Origin: Pirellula staleyi DSM 6068
Lineage (GTDB): Bacteria > Planctomycetota > Planctomycetia > Pirellulales > Pirellulaceae
Direction of reading: 5' to 3'
Assembly: GCA_000025185.1 (NCBI GenBank)
Contig: CP001848.1
Location: 3,180,001-3,212,000, forward strand
DNA length: 32,000 nucleotides
The notes under the pieces are model-generated. The model saw only the letters and a program-made list of their open reading frames with translations, searched no databases and was not told the DNA's origin. Every line of letters begins with the position of its first letter. The first letter of the stretch is position 1. Below are positions 7,069-16,979 of the stretch, piece by piece. A program made the translations under genes and the position numbers.

Positions 7069-9384
7069 ATGCCATCTCTTCCGTTCCCTACGTTTCGACC
7101 TCTCTTCTTCGCAGCAATGCATCTCGTCGCCTCGCTGCTGATCGCACAGCAAATACCATCGCTCGGGGCCGAAGCACCTGCACCGGCGAAAACGCCCACC
7201 GATACGACTCCACCCGCCATCGCAGCGGCGAAAGAGCTAGCCACGATGGTGCAAAATCTGGCCCGCGATGCACGCAGCAGTGTGGTGGTTGTCACAGCCA
7301 GTGGACGTGAAGCTAGCGATACGCAGCTCGGCACCGGCTTTATCATCTCGGCCGATGGACTTGTTGCTACGAACTATCACGTCATTGGCGAAGGTCGGCC
7401 ACTGGAAGTTCGCACCGCCGACGGCAAGCAACTCGAAGTCATCGAGATTCACGCGACCGATCGTAATGCTGACTTGGCAGTTTTGCGGGTAAAAGCCGAA
7501 GGACTTCCGTTCCTGAAGCTGGGGGACTCGGCAAAGGTGGCTGAAGGGGAGCCGATTGTAGTGCTTGGGAATCCGCGCGGACTGAGGCACAGCGTGGTGA
7601 GTGGCGTGATCAGTGGCATGCGCGATATCGACGAGGCGGGGCTGAAACAAAAGATGCTGCAAATCGCCATGCCGATCGAGCCTGGCAACAGCGGCGGACC
7701 GGTTCTGAATCTGGCCGGGGAAGTGCTCGGCGTGGTGACAATGAAATCGCTTGTCACCGAGAATCTCGGCTTTGCAATCCAGGTGAGCGATCTGAAGCGA
7801 ATTCTCGAAAATCCCAACTCGCTGCCGATTGCACGCTGGATCTCCATCGGTGCGCTCGACCCCAAGCAGTGGACCACGCTGTTTGGCGCACGTTGGTCGC
7901 AGCGTGGTGGCAAACTCCTCGTCACAGGGCAGGGGAACGGTTTTGGTGGCCGCTCTCTCTGTTTATCGCAAGAGAAACCGCCTGAGCTTCCCTTCGAAGT
8001 TTCGGTAATGGTGAAAATGGACGACGAAGCCGGAGCTGCGGGGCTCGTGTTCCACAGCGATGGCGAGAATCGACACTATGGGTTCTATCCTTCGGCTGGC
8101 AATGTGCGGCTCAGCCGATTTGAAGGCCCCGACGTCTTTAGCTGGCAAGTTCTCTACGACAAACCGACAAAGGCCTATCGCGCGAAGGAGTGGAACACGC
8201 TCAAGGTGCGTGTGGAAGAAGGGGCGATCTCTTGCTTCGTCAATGACGAGCTTGTCACGAAGGTAGAAGATCGCGTCTACACCTCGGGACAGGTGGGACT
8301 TGCCAAATTTCGACAAACTTCGGCTGAATTTCGCCGTTTTCAGGTGGGTAAGAGTGTCCCACGTGCTCTGCCGAGTGAATCGGAGGCGAGTAGCATTCGC
8401 GAGCAAGTGGCGATGATTCCATCGCTACGCGAAATTGTGAGCGAGTCGCTTTCCCCCTTCACCAAGAATGCCAGCGCCAGCGTGCATGTGTTGCGAGACG
8501 AAGCGGCCCGCTTGCGGGCACGTGCCGATGAGCTCACGCGTATCGCAGCAGATGTTCGAACCGCGTCGGTCGTGGAAGAGCTTCGTAAAGTCGCAGGTCC
8601 CGAAGTGGCCGAGGTCGATCTCCTGGCAGCCTCGCTTTGGATTGCCTCGCTCGACGAAGAGGATGTCGACGTCACGGCGTACATCAAGCAAGTCGATCGT
8701 ATGGCAGCGGAGGTAAAGTCCTCTTTCACCGAGAAGCCCGCCGATGACGAAAAGATCACCAAACTCAATCGGCTGTTGTTCGATGAACTCGGATTTCATG
8801 GGAGCAGGGCTGACTATTATCAGCGCGCGAATAGCTACTTCAATCGTGTCCTCGATGATCGCGAAGGATTGCCGATCACCTTATCGGTGCTCTACCTTTC
8901 GCTGGCCAAGCGAATCGATTTGCCGATGGAAGGTGTCGGCATGCCAGGACATTTTCTCGTGCGGCATCGACCCGTCGAAGGGGAGCCGCAACTGCTCGAT
9001 CCGTTTGATCGCGGCGCAAAAATCTCGCGTGAGCAGGCTGCCAAGTTGATGCTCGAAAGCAGCGGTGCTGTGCTGGAAGATGAGCATCTAGTCGCAACGC
9101 CCCACCGGGCCATTGTGGTGCGGATGCTGCAGAACTTGCTAAATCTCGCACAAGGATCGCAAGATCGCGAGGCGATGATCCGCTATCTCGACGCTATGAT
9201 TGCCGTCGACCCAGCCTTGGTTCGCGAACGAGGCTTACGAGCGATTGTTCGTTTCGAAACTGGTCGGAAGCAAGCCGCTGCTATCGATCTCGACTGGTTC
9301 CTCGAAAAGAAACCGGAAGGGATCGACCTCGAGCAAATCGAAAGTATGCGGGCCTTTTTTCTCGAAGATAGCGGAAAGAACTAG
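7069..9384 (+). CDS. Secreted multidomain protein: S1C (HtrA/DegP-like) serine protease + DUF1080/concanavalin-like domain + SirB1-like transglutaminase-fold/TPR domain
   Basis: 771 aa with a hydrophobic N-terminus. Protease triad contexts: TNYHVI (His104, 7378-7380), DLAVLRV (Asp), GNSGGPVLN (Ser208, 7690-7692). The middle region (about 7861-8349) has the DUF1080-like pattern (AGLVFHSDG...WNTLKVRVEEGAISCFVNDELV...GQVGLAKF). The C-terminal region (about 8596-9363) parallels E. coli SirB1/YchA (LNRLLFDELGF...REGLPITLSVLYLSLAKRIDLPMEGVGMPGHFLVRH...LLDPF...RERGL). Confidence 0.85.
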   Translation: MPSLPFPTFRPLFFAAMHLVASLLIAQQIPSLGAEAPAPAKTPTDTTPPAIAAAKELATMVQNLARDARSSVVVVTASGREASDTQLGTGFIISADGLVATNYHVIGEGRPLEVRTADGKQLEVIEIHATDRNADLAVLRVKAEGLPFLKLGDSAKVAEGEPIVVLGNPRGLRHSVVSGVISGMRDIDEAGLKQKMLQIAMPIEPGNSGGPVLNLAGEVLGVVTMKSLVTENLGFAIQVSDLKRILENPNSLPIARWISIGALDPKQWTTLFGARWSQRGGKLLVTGQGNGFGGRSLCLSQEKPPELPFEVSVMVKMDDEAGAAGLVFHSDGENRHYGFYPSAGNVRLSRFEGPDVFSWQVLYDKPTKAYRAKEWNTLKVRVEEGAISCFVNDELVTKVEDRVYTSGQVGLAKFRQTSAEFRRFQVGKSVPRALPSESEASSIREQVAMIPSLREIVSESLSPFTKNASASVHVLRDEAARLRARADELTRIAADVRTASVVEELRKVAGPEVAEVDLLAASLWIASLDEEDVDVTAYIKQVDRMAAEVKSSFTEKPADDEKITKLNRLLFDELGFHGSRADYYQRANSYFNRVLDDREGLPITLSVLYLSLAKRIDLPMEGVGMPGHFLVRHRPVEGEPQLLDPFDRGAKISREQAAKLMLESSGAVLEDEHLVATPHRAIVVRMLQNLLNLAQGSQDREAMIRYLDAMIAVDPALVRERGLRAIVRFETGRKQAAAIDLDWFLEKKPEGIDLEQIESMRAFFLEDSGKN

Positions 9385-9418
9385 CTCTCTTCCCGCTCGT
9401 TTTTAGGCACTTCACGCA

Positions 9419-10819
9419 CTAGCGGTAGATGCTGCCGCGATCTTCAATGCCGCCTGCCACGGTCGTGTCGACTGGCTCGCGGGCAATGTTGGCACCATCG
9501 CGCGACGCTGCATCGCCTTGCCAAGGTTGGTTCACGGGACGTTCCCACTGAAACAGCACTCGCCCACTGGGAGCAGTGCGAGCAGTTGGTTGTGCCTGAA
9601 TGGGAGTGAGTTCGCGGTCCAGCACATTGCCACCGACCGGGCTCGAAATCGGACTCGAAGCAGGTATCGGAGCATAGCGATCGATGGTTCGTTCGCCAGC
9701 GACAGGAGCCGACGATGGCAAGGTTGTCGACACAGGCTGAAAGGGAGAGCCGGCAGGGGGGCTCGGCATTTGAGCCTGATCACGACGGTTTGAATACCAA
9801 CCTTCGGAGACCGGGCGCGAAACCGTTTCCGATTCGCGAGCGTCGGTCATTGGGGCTGCATTTTTGCTGGGAGCAGCGGGGAAGTTCGTCGGAGCGGCGG
9901 GCTGTTCGTAGCTGGCAGCAAACTCGCGGGCCGTATTTGTGCGTGGTTCGTCGAACTGCTGACGTGCAGCGCGAGCTGAACTTGCAAAATCACGACCATC
10001 CGATTCGCGTGTCGCTGCAGCAATCGATTCTTCGGTCGGAGCAGGTGCCAGGTCAGGACTTCCTTGACGAACCCACTCGAGCCAAGTCACTTGAAGTTCC
10101 GAGAGGCTCGAAAAACCGTAGAAGCGACGTGTCGTGGCGGTCCAGTTGTTGGTCTTCATCCCTTCGCCGACATAGTCGACGTACTTCCGCTTCCCACCTT
10201 GGAAAATTAGGTAGCGAGCGAGCGAGTAACCTTGCGAATAGAGGGGAAGAATGTCTTGAGGATACTCGGTCATCGCAAACATTTGATTGAAGGCGATACC
10301 CCGATCGGTGGTGAGGAACTGAATCAGGAACTTGTCTTGCTTCGCTTTCTCGACGTCGTGTTCCACCGTGGTGCAGGCACCTTCATCGGCCCAGCGTGGA
10401 AGAGGACGACCGAAGTGCGTAGCAAAGATGGTGTGGGTGATTTCGTGAGGCAGAACCGAGTCGAGCACACGTTCGCGTGATCCTTGGATCGACATCGTCC
10501 AGCCGAAAGGGACGCCCCGTTCGAACATGAAGGTCGTGGCGCCACCGGCACCGAGATTGTGATGCACGGTCGCTTCGATGGGGCAAGGTTGTTGCCACGG
10601 TGGAAGCTCGCGGCCAAGCCATTCAATCGCCAGGTCGCGTCGCAGCGTTTCAGCGGTGCGACAGATCTCTTCCGCGAGTTCAGGTGTGCTCGTGGTGACG
10701 AGAAAGTTTTGCGATCGTGCGCTGGCAGCCGAGGCCAGATTGCCTGTTGAGAGAGTGGCAACGATGGCGAGCGAGGCGACGATCAAACGTCGCGCGATGC
10801 AACTAGTACGAGCTTCCAT
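9419..10819 (-). CDS. Secreted zinc metallopeptidase (HExxH...E gluzincin-type) with long Pro/Ala/Ser-rich C-terminal tail
   Basis: 466 aa. Signal peptide RRLIVASLAIVATLSTGNLASAAS. HEITH at codons 125-129 (10433-10447), with a downstream RWADEGACT supplying a candidate third ligand Glu. About the last 210 aa are low complexity. Confidence 0.75.
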   Translation of the reverse strand: MEARTSCIARRLIVASLAIVATLSTGNLASAASARSQNFLVTTSTPELAEEICRTAETLRRDLAIEWLGRELPPWQQPCPIEATVHHNLGAGGATTFMFERGVPFGWTMSIQGSRERVLDSVLPHEITHTIFATHFGRPLPRWADEGACTTVEHDVEKAKQDKFLIQFLTTDRGIAFNQMFAMTEYPQDILPLYSQGYSLARYLIFQGGKRKYVDYVGEGMKTNNWTATTRRFYGFSSLSELQVTWLEWVRQGSPDLAPAPTEESIAAATRESDGRDFASSARAARQQFDEPRTNTAREFAASYEQPAAPTNFPAAPSKNAAPMTDARESETVSRPVSEGWYSNRRDQAQMPSPPAGSPFQPVSTTLPSSAPVAGERTIDRYAPIPASSPISSPVGGNVLDRELTPIQAQPTARTAPSGRVLFQWERPVNQPWQGDAASRDGANIAREPVDTTVAGGIEDRGSIYR

Positions 10820-11179
10820 GCTCAGGGTCCTTCCCGGGGGGCGGATGGTACGCTCGTGACTTCATGCCACGAGCGGATCGAGTTTGCGGGATAGTTACTT
10901 GCGGGAGCAACAATCGGGCCAAACTCGACACAATCCTTGTTGCCGTGTGGTTGAGATCGTCTCAACTACTGATGGCTTCAAGTTTTCAGCTACCTTCAAA
11001 CCGGGCGAGCAGCAGCATCCTAACTGACAGTCGACTCGGTGTTTTGGGCAGCTCCTTTGTAAGGTTTTCAAACTTAAACCGACTTTGGAAAAATCTCCTA
11101 GACCGAATCAGCCCCCGCCGACCGTTTTGCGAAAAGTTCTCCGAAGTTCTTCACTGCTGTTAGCTAGCACTGCGTGCTT

Positions 11180-11572
11180 TTATGGGCGGGTAAGATGTGC
11201 CAGTAATTCGCTATTTCCGGCCGGGAATTCATAGCTGTTTAGCTGAGACCGTTCGACCCAGCGATAGCCGTCGGCTGCTGGTTGACTGGGGTCGAGCGGC
11301 TCGCAATCGAAGAAGTGCAGTTCGATCGTGGCGTGATCGTAGGTTTGCCTGCGTCCTGGTAACGGAGCGACGATGCGAACTGCTAAGTTGGTTTCTTCCA
11401 GGCATTCGCGAATCGCCGCATCAGCCGCTGATTCACCCGGCTCGACTTTGCCACCGGGAAACTCCCACAGTCCGGCAAGTTTGCTTCCTGGTGGACGCTG
11501 GCCGATCAAAAATCGATCGCCACTGCGCACCACAGCCACTGCAACGACAACCTGAGGTCGATTGTCTGCCAT
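11180..11572 (-). CDS. Nudix hydrolase (MutT-like 8-oxo-dGTP diphosphatase family)
   Basis: Nudix box GGKVEPGESAADAAIRECLEETNL (Gx5Ex7REUxEE). The start is set at ATG 11572 (MADNRPQVVVAVAVV), with GGAGAG 7-12 nt upstream. The ORF is open to 11671. Confidence 0.85.
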   Translation of the reverse strand: MADNRPQVVVAVAVVRSGDRFLIGQRPPGSKLAGLWEFPGGKVEPGESAADAAIRECLEETNLAVRIVAPLPGRRQTYDHATIELHFFDCEPLDPSQPAADGYRWVERSQLNSYEFPAGNSELLAHLTRP

Positions 11573-11715
11573 CGAAATCTCTCCAGGCTCTGGGCTATGA
11601 CTACGAGACGCTGATGCAGGGGCATAAAAAATCGTGAGTAACCCGGGAGTGTTTGCTCCCAAGTGACTCACGATCGAGTGGATCTACTAGTTTCGTTGGC
11701 TTGCAAACAGGCGGT

Positions 11716-12546
11716 TTACTTGCCAGCGGCTTTCAGCTTATCGAGCATTCGACCGGGCGAACCCATGGCGTTGTAGCCACCGTCGATGTGCAGCACTTCC
11801 GAGGTGATACCGTCCGACATATCCGAGAGCAGGAACGCGCCGGTTTTTCCCACTTCGCTGTGCGTGACGTTGCGGCCGAGCGGTGCCATTTCTTCGTAAA
11901 GGAATTGCATTTCGCCGACACCAGCCGCTTGACCTGCGAGGGTCTTGAGCGGGCCAGCACTCAGCGCGTTCACACGCACACCCTTGGCACCCAGATCGTA
12001 GGCCAAGTAGCGCATCGAAGCTTCGAGCGCTGCCTTGCAGATACCCATGACGTTATAACCCGGCACGCACTTCTCGCCGCCGAAATAGGTCATCGTGAGT
12101 ACGGCACCGCCAGGCTTCAGGATATCTTTGGCGTGGTTGCAAACGGCAATCAGGCTATAGGCCGAGATTTCCATCGCCAGCTTAAAGCCTTCGCGGCTGG
12201 TTTCGATCGTGTCGCGTTTCAGATCGTCAAGCGTGGCAAAGGCGATGGAGTGAAGCAGAAAATCGATTTCCCCCATTTCGCTTTTCGCAAGAGCCATCAC
12301 CGAGGCGATGTTCTCGTCGTTCTGCACGTCGAGTGGCACCAGGAACTTGCAGTTGTTGGGATATTCGTCGGTGAGGGTCGAAACGCGGCGGCGATTCTTC
12401 TTGCGCTCGTCGTCTGCCTTATCGGGCAGGTGAGTAAAGCCGCATACGCCCCCTTGTTCCATGATGAACTTGGCAATGGCCCAGGCAATCGACCGATCGT
12501 TGGCAACACCCAGGATCAAACCCTTCTTACCCTCGAACATTCCCAT
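11716..12546 (-). CDS. fabI: Enoyl-[acyl-carrier-protein] reductase (NADH), FabI
   Basis: [22 protein letters not shown] cofactor-binding N-terminus. [11 protein letters not shown] (Tyr-x6-Lys). SAGPLKTLA. The start is ATG 12546 or 12540, downstream of GAGGAG. The ORF is open to 12561. Confidence 0.92.
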   Translation of the reverse strand: MGMFEGKKGLILGVANDRSIAWAIAKFIMEQGGVCGFTHLPDKADDERKKNRRRVSTLTDEYPNNCKFLVPLDVQNDENIASVMALAKSEMGEIDFLLHSIAFATLDDLKRDTIETSREGFKLAMEISAYSLIAVCNHAKDILKPGGAVLTMTYFGGEKCVPGYNVMGICKAALEASMRYLAYDLGAKGVRVNALSAGPLKTLAGQAAGVGEMQFLYEEMAPLGRNVTHSEVGKTGAFLLSDMSDGITSEVLHIDGGYNAMGSPGRMLDKLKAAGK

Positions 12547-12854
12547 TCCCAATCTCCTCATCGACTCTGATACGTCGGACGTGCGATAGATGGATCACCA
12601 GCGAAGAAGCATACCGTTTCTACTGCTGTTTCACTACGCCACCCGCCAGGGATGCCGGCGAGAAAGCTCGACGCAGCGACACTGACTGATGAATCGCCCT
12701 GTTGGCGTGAATATCGTCCCCTGAGGTTCATTTTGATGCCAGAAGTGGTAAACTTGCGTCTGCAAAATGAGGGCGCTGGCCGAGATGTCACCGGGCGTTA
12801 GAGTGGACGCGATCAGCAGTCGCAGTTTGGGCAACGAACGAGAAGGGGAGAGCC

Positions 12855-14810
12855 GTGCGATCTAGAAATCGAGAAATGTCGCTCGTCGAATCGCTGGAAG
12901 CCTATCCGGCACTTGCTGAGGCAGCCGCTCAGCTGTTCTATGTCGCATGTCAATCAGAAGTTACGCAGCAGCTTGTGGAACGTTCGTTGCCGGTCGTAGC
13001 GGGGGCGCTCGGAGCTTCCTATGCCGCCGTGATGACCGGTGAAAAGGGTGTTTGGCGCCCCGTTGCGGCGTTTGGTCGCGAGAAAACCGTGCCGATCGAG
13101 TTGCTCTCGGATGTGCTCGACTTGGATGCGCCTCGTGGGCTCGCCGATTGGCTGGCGACGCCACTTCGTGCTGAAGGAACCACCGGCTGGGTTTTGCTCG
13201 TCCGTGGAACTTGGGAAACAGCCCCGGCGGGAGATAGTTCGCTCGAGGTGGTCTGCCGTTGGCTCGGCGAAGCGATCGCCACCACAATGGGGCATCAGCA
13301 GTCGCGGGCTCGGCTCGCCCGGCTCGAGGCGATTGTCGGACTCGTAGCCCAGTGGCGTCAGCATAGTGCTATGGAGCCTCTGCTCGTCAGCATTGCCGAA
13401 ACTTCCACGCGGCTGCTCGAAGCCGAGCGGGCCAGCATTTTTCTGTGGGATCGCGCGAGCAAAACGCTCGTCGGACGCCCCGCTTTAGGCGTGGAAGGAG
13501 GAGAGCTGCGCATCCCTGAGAACGCCGGGATTGTGGGCCAGGTCGTCGCTTCGGGGGAGGTGCGGCGGGTGGATGCCGACATCGAAGCCGATCAGCGCGA
13601 AGTCGATCGCCGCGTCGATAAGAAACTGAAGTTCGAAACGCGTTCGATCCTATGCGTCCCCCTGCGAGGTGCCGGCGGTGTCTTGCTCGGCGCTTTCGAG
13701 GTGCTCAACAAACGCCAAGGAAATTTCACGCGTGACGATGAACTGGCGCTCGTCGAACTCGCGGCTCATGCAGCTACAGCGCTTGAGAGCACTCAGACGA
13801 TCGAAAATCTGGTGCAGACGCGCAAGCAACTCGTGGACCACGCTGCCTCGGGGGTGGAACTGGTTGGCGAGTGCGCATCGATCGGCGCGCTTCGTAGTGC
13901 GGTCAAGCGAGTGGCTGATACCGACCTCGCGGTACTGATTCTGGGCGAAAACGGCACCGGTAAAGAAGTGGTTGCGCAGTCGATTCACTACTTGAGCAAA
14001 CGCCGTCACGAACCCTTCATTGCCGTGAACTGCGCCGCCATTTCGGAGTCGCTGCTCGAAAGCGAACTGTTCGGCCACGAAAAAGGGGCGTTCACTGATG
14101 CTCGCGAGATGCGGGTGGGTAAGTTCGAACTAGCAGCCGATGGAACCCTGTTTCTCGACGAAATCGGCGATATGAGCCTCGGTGGTCAAGCCAAGCTGCT
14201 TCGCGTGCTCGAAGAAAAAGTGGTGGTGCGTGTCGGTGGCAGCGTGCCGATTCCGACAAAGGCCCGGGTGCTCGCCGCCACGAATCAGAACCTCGCGGAA
14301 CTCGTACGTGCAAAACGGTTTCGCGAAGACTTGTTCTTTCGCCTCAACGTTGTGTCGCTCGATTTGCCCCCACTCCGAGCACGCGGCGAAGATATCGTGC
14401 TGCTGGCCGAGCACTTTCTCAAGCAGTTTGCTGCCCGAGCACGGCGTCGGTTGCCAAAATTCACCGCAGCTGCTCGCAAACGACTCCTGATGCATCCTTG
14501 GCCCGGTAACATTCGCGAGCTGCGTAACCTGATGGAACGTTTGGCCTATTTGGCTCCGGAAGATCAGGACAAGATCGACGCCGGGGATCTCGAGTTCATA
14601 CTTTCGCCTGGAACCTCCCCAGCCACTTCGCTCGGCGATGGAACCCTGGCCGATGCGACCCGCGAATTCCAAATGGAATTTATCCATAAGACGATCGAAT
14701 CGACCCGAGGGAACATGACCCTCGCCGCCGAAAAAATGGGGCTCCAGCGATCGAACCTCTATCGCAAAATGCGTCAGCTGCAGATGGATGTGGGCGAGGA
14801 TAATAACTAA
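12855..14810 (+). CDS. Sigma-54-dependent transcriptional activator (GAF-GAF-AAA+-Fis HTH; no receiver domain)
   Basis: 651 aa. Walker [24 protein letters not shown] (GAFTGA-loop variant, 14085-14102), Walker [20 protein letters not shown], and a C-terminal Fis-type HTH ([19 protein letters not shown]). The N-terminal about 320 aa look like two GAF-type sensor domains (e.g. ERASIFLWD...[11 protein letters not shown]...SILCVPL). The start is GTG 12855 or ATG 12876. Confidence 0.9.
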   Translation: MRSRNREMSLVESLEAYPALAEAAAQLFYVACQSEVTQQLVERSLPVVAGALGASYAAVMTGEKGVWRPVAAFGREKTVPIELLSDVLDLDAPRGLADWLATPLRAEGTTGWVLLVRGTWETAPAGDSSLEVVCRWLGEAIATTMGHQQSRARLARLEAIVGLVAQWRQHSAMEPLLVSIAETSTRLLEAERASIFLWDRASKTLVGRPALGVEGGELRIPENAGIVGQVVASGEVRRVDADIEADQREVDRRVDKKLKFETRSILCVPLRGAGGVLLGAFEVLNKRQGNFTRDDELALVELAAHAATALESTQTIENLVQTRKQLVDHAASGVELVGECASIGALRSAVKRVADTDLAVLILGENGTGKEVVAQSIHYLSKRRHEPFIAVNCAAISESLLESELFGHEKGAFTDAREMRVGKFELAADGTLFLDEIGDMSLGGQAKLLRVLEEKVVVRVGGSVPIPTKARVLAATNQNLAELVRAKRFREDLFFRLNVVSLDLPPLRARGEDIVLLAEHFLKQFAARARRRLPKFTAAARKRLLMHPWPGNIRELRNLMERLAYLAPEDQDKIDAGDLEFILSPGTSPATSLGDGTLADATREFQMEFIHKTIESTRGNMTLAAEKMGLQRSNLYRKMRQLQMDVGEDNN

Positions 14811-15119
14811 AGAGCAGGTCAACCTCGGCGCTCAAGAGGCTATCTAGGAAGCTGGTTCCATAGACCGTGCTTTAAGCAAGCGTTCCTGGATGCCACAAAT
14901 CGGCCGAATGTCGCGTCTTGGTTCTACAACGAGCACACCCTTTCGAGCTAGAATGAGGGCTTGAGCCGACTAAATCCAGAATCGAGTTTCGGTGGTGGCT
15001 TCTAACGAGGAATCCCCGACCAGGATCCTGTCAGGCAGCTTCCTGGCTGTGAGATGATGGACGTGACGACGCAAAGGGCTCTGCTGAAGAGTCGCGAGAT
15101 TCGCGTGAAAGGAATTGCC

Positions 15120-16979
15120 ATGTTGGTGCGATCATCCCGACGACTGCTGAATCCATGGCTGCTGACGATGCTGCTGGCCATCCCTTCCTTCAGCATTCTT
15201 GCGGGCGACGATAAGCCCGCGCTTCCCGCCGCCACACCTGCAGCGAGCGAAGACAAAATCTCCGAGCTGATTCGCCTTCTCGGGTCGGAAGAGTTTGCCG
15301 AGCGCGAGCGCGCCCAAACGGAACTCAGCCGCCTTGGTCTCGAGGCGTTCGATGCCCTGCACCAAGCCCAGTACAACGAAGATGTCGAAATCAGCTTACG
15401 CGCCCGCTATTTAATTCGGGCCATGAACGTCCAGTGGTTCGAGGAAGAAGATCCTGTCGAAGTTGTTCGCATTCTGAAGGGCTACGGTGAGAAATCTGAC
15501 ATCGACCGCCGGAGTCTGATGGATCAGCTGACGCAACTTCCCCCCGATCAAGTGCTGGGCCCTCTTTGCCGCTTGGTCCGTTTTGAGACCGACAACGTCT
15601 TGTCGAAATATGCTGCGCTGAAAGTCCTCAACCTACCTGTCCCCCAAGACGACGCGGCAAAGCAAAAAGTAATCAACACGCTGAACGACACGGTCGGTCC
15701 CAGCAAACGAACTGCTGCGGGCTGGATTCGCACCTTCGCCAAGTCGATCACCGCTCCCGAGGAAACCATCGATACGTGGACTGCCCACGCACTCGCCGAA
15801 CACGAAACACTCACCCATTTCCCCGAGCGAACCAGTCGCGAAATTGTCCGCGACTTGTACCGCTGGGAAGTCGAACTCCTCCGCAAATTCAATCGCGAGG
15901 AAGAGATGCTCGCCGTCATTCGGCGCACGATTCCCTTGATCGAAGGGGCACCTGATCAGCTGCAAGAGGTTGTCGACTGGCTCGCTGAACGCAATGCCAG
16001 CACGATTGTGCGCGAAATCGCTGCGAAATTTCCGCAGCCGTTCACCACCAATCCCTCGCTCATGTATCGCATGGCCGAGATCGAGCTGAAGAGTGGCAAC
16101 AAGCAGCAAGCGGAAGAGATCGCCGACAAAGCGCTCGCCATTCGTCCCGAGAGTCTTCCGGACCATCTTCGCGTCGGCTATCTCCTGCAAGAGCGTGGCC
16201 TGCGTGAGTGGTCGGAACGCGAGTATCGCTCGGTTATGAAGAATGCCACTGCTGGAACGCAGTACGACATCCAGGCCCGCTTTTTTCTCTCTGAAATGCT
16301 GCACGATTTCACCGAAGAGCTCGAAGCGGCCAACACGCTGCAAGGTGTGTGCGACTTGGCCGACAAAGATCCGGCCGTGCGCGACATGATGGGGCGACTC
16401 CGCCGCAACAAGCCCAACGGTGTCTATGCCCGGATGCATTACTTCTACGCTCGTCACTGGAACGGTGCGGGAGACGTGGCCAAGGAGCGTGAGGCGCTCC
16501 TTAAAGCGGTGGAATACGACGACACCGATGCCGATGTTCTGATCGCTCTCTTTCGACTAAAAGAAGCGAGCGACATGGTCCGTACACTCACTCGCGAGAA
16601 GATCGAAACAGCCGCCAAAGGTTTCCGCGACGATTGGCAAGAATTGCGCCAAGCCGCTGAACAAGCACCGAACGAACAGTTTCGCCGCGAGTACGACGAA
16701 CAGATCGCCACCGCCTGCAATCAACTGGCCTGGCTCGTGAGCAACACGTTTGGCGATTTCGACGAAGCACTGGCCGCCAGCAAGCGATCTCTCGAACTGG
16801 TCCCTGAATCGGCTGGCTATCTCGACACCTTGGGACGCTGCTACTTTGCCAAAAAAGACCTGAAAATGGCCATTGAAACGCAGCGCCGGGCAGTGAAACT
16901 GGAACCCAATTCGCGACAACTGAAGCGACAGCTCGACGAATTCGAAAAAGCACTCGCAGCCCAAGGCGCGATGCCATGA
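15120..16979 (+). CDS. Secreted TPR-repeat protein
   Basis: Signal peptide MLVRSSRRLLNPWLLTMLLAIPSFSILAG, from ATG 15120 with AAAGGA 7 nt upstream. TPR-like helical repeats run throughout (e.g. AGYLDTLGRCYFAKKDLKMAIETQRRAVKLEPN). The ORF is open from 15054. Confidence 0.8.
   Translation: MLVRSSRRLLNPWLLTMLLAIPSFSILAGDDKPALPAATPAASEDKISELIRLLGSEEFAERERAQTELSRLGLEAFDALHQAQYNEDVEISLRARYLIRAMNVQWFEEEDPVEVVRILKGYGEKSDIDRRSLMDQLTQLPPDQVLGPLCRLVRFETDNVLSKYAALKVLNLPVPQDDAAKQKVINTLNDTVGPSKRTAAGWIRTFAKSITAPEETIDTWTAHALAEHETLTHFPERTSREIVRDLYRWEVELLRKFNREEEMLAVIRRTIPLIEGAPDQLQEVVDWLAERNASTIVREIAAKFPQPFTTNPSLMYRMAEIELKSGNKQQAEEIADKALAIRPESLPDHLRVGYLLQERGLREWSEREYRSVMKNATAGTQYDIQARFFLSEMLHDFTEELEAANTLQGVCDLADKDPAVRDMMGRLRRNKPNGVYARMHYFYARHWNGAGDVAKEREALLKAVEYDDTDADVLIALFRLKEASDMVRTLTREKIETAAKGFRDDWQELRQAAEQAPNEQFRREYDEQIATACNQLAWLVSNTFGDFDEALAASKRSLELVPESAGYLDTLGRCYFAKKDLKMAIETQRRAVKLEPNSRQLKRQLDEFEKALAAQGAMP

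Noticed and set aside
10864-11163. 99-aa ORF filling the spacer between the Nudix and metallopeptidase genes.
   Set aside because: It has no motif and is Ser/Leu-rich. It lies in an AT-richer, regulatory-looking region and has no SD-like sequence. It is treated as non-coding.
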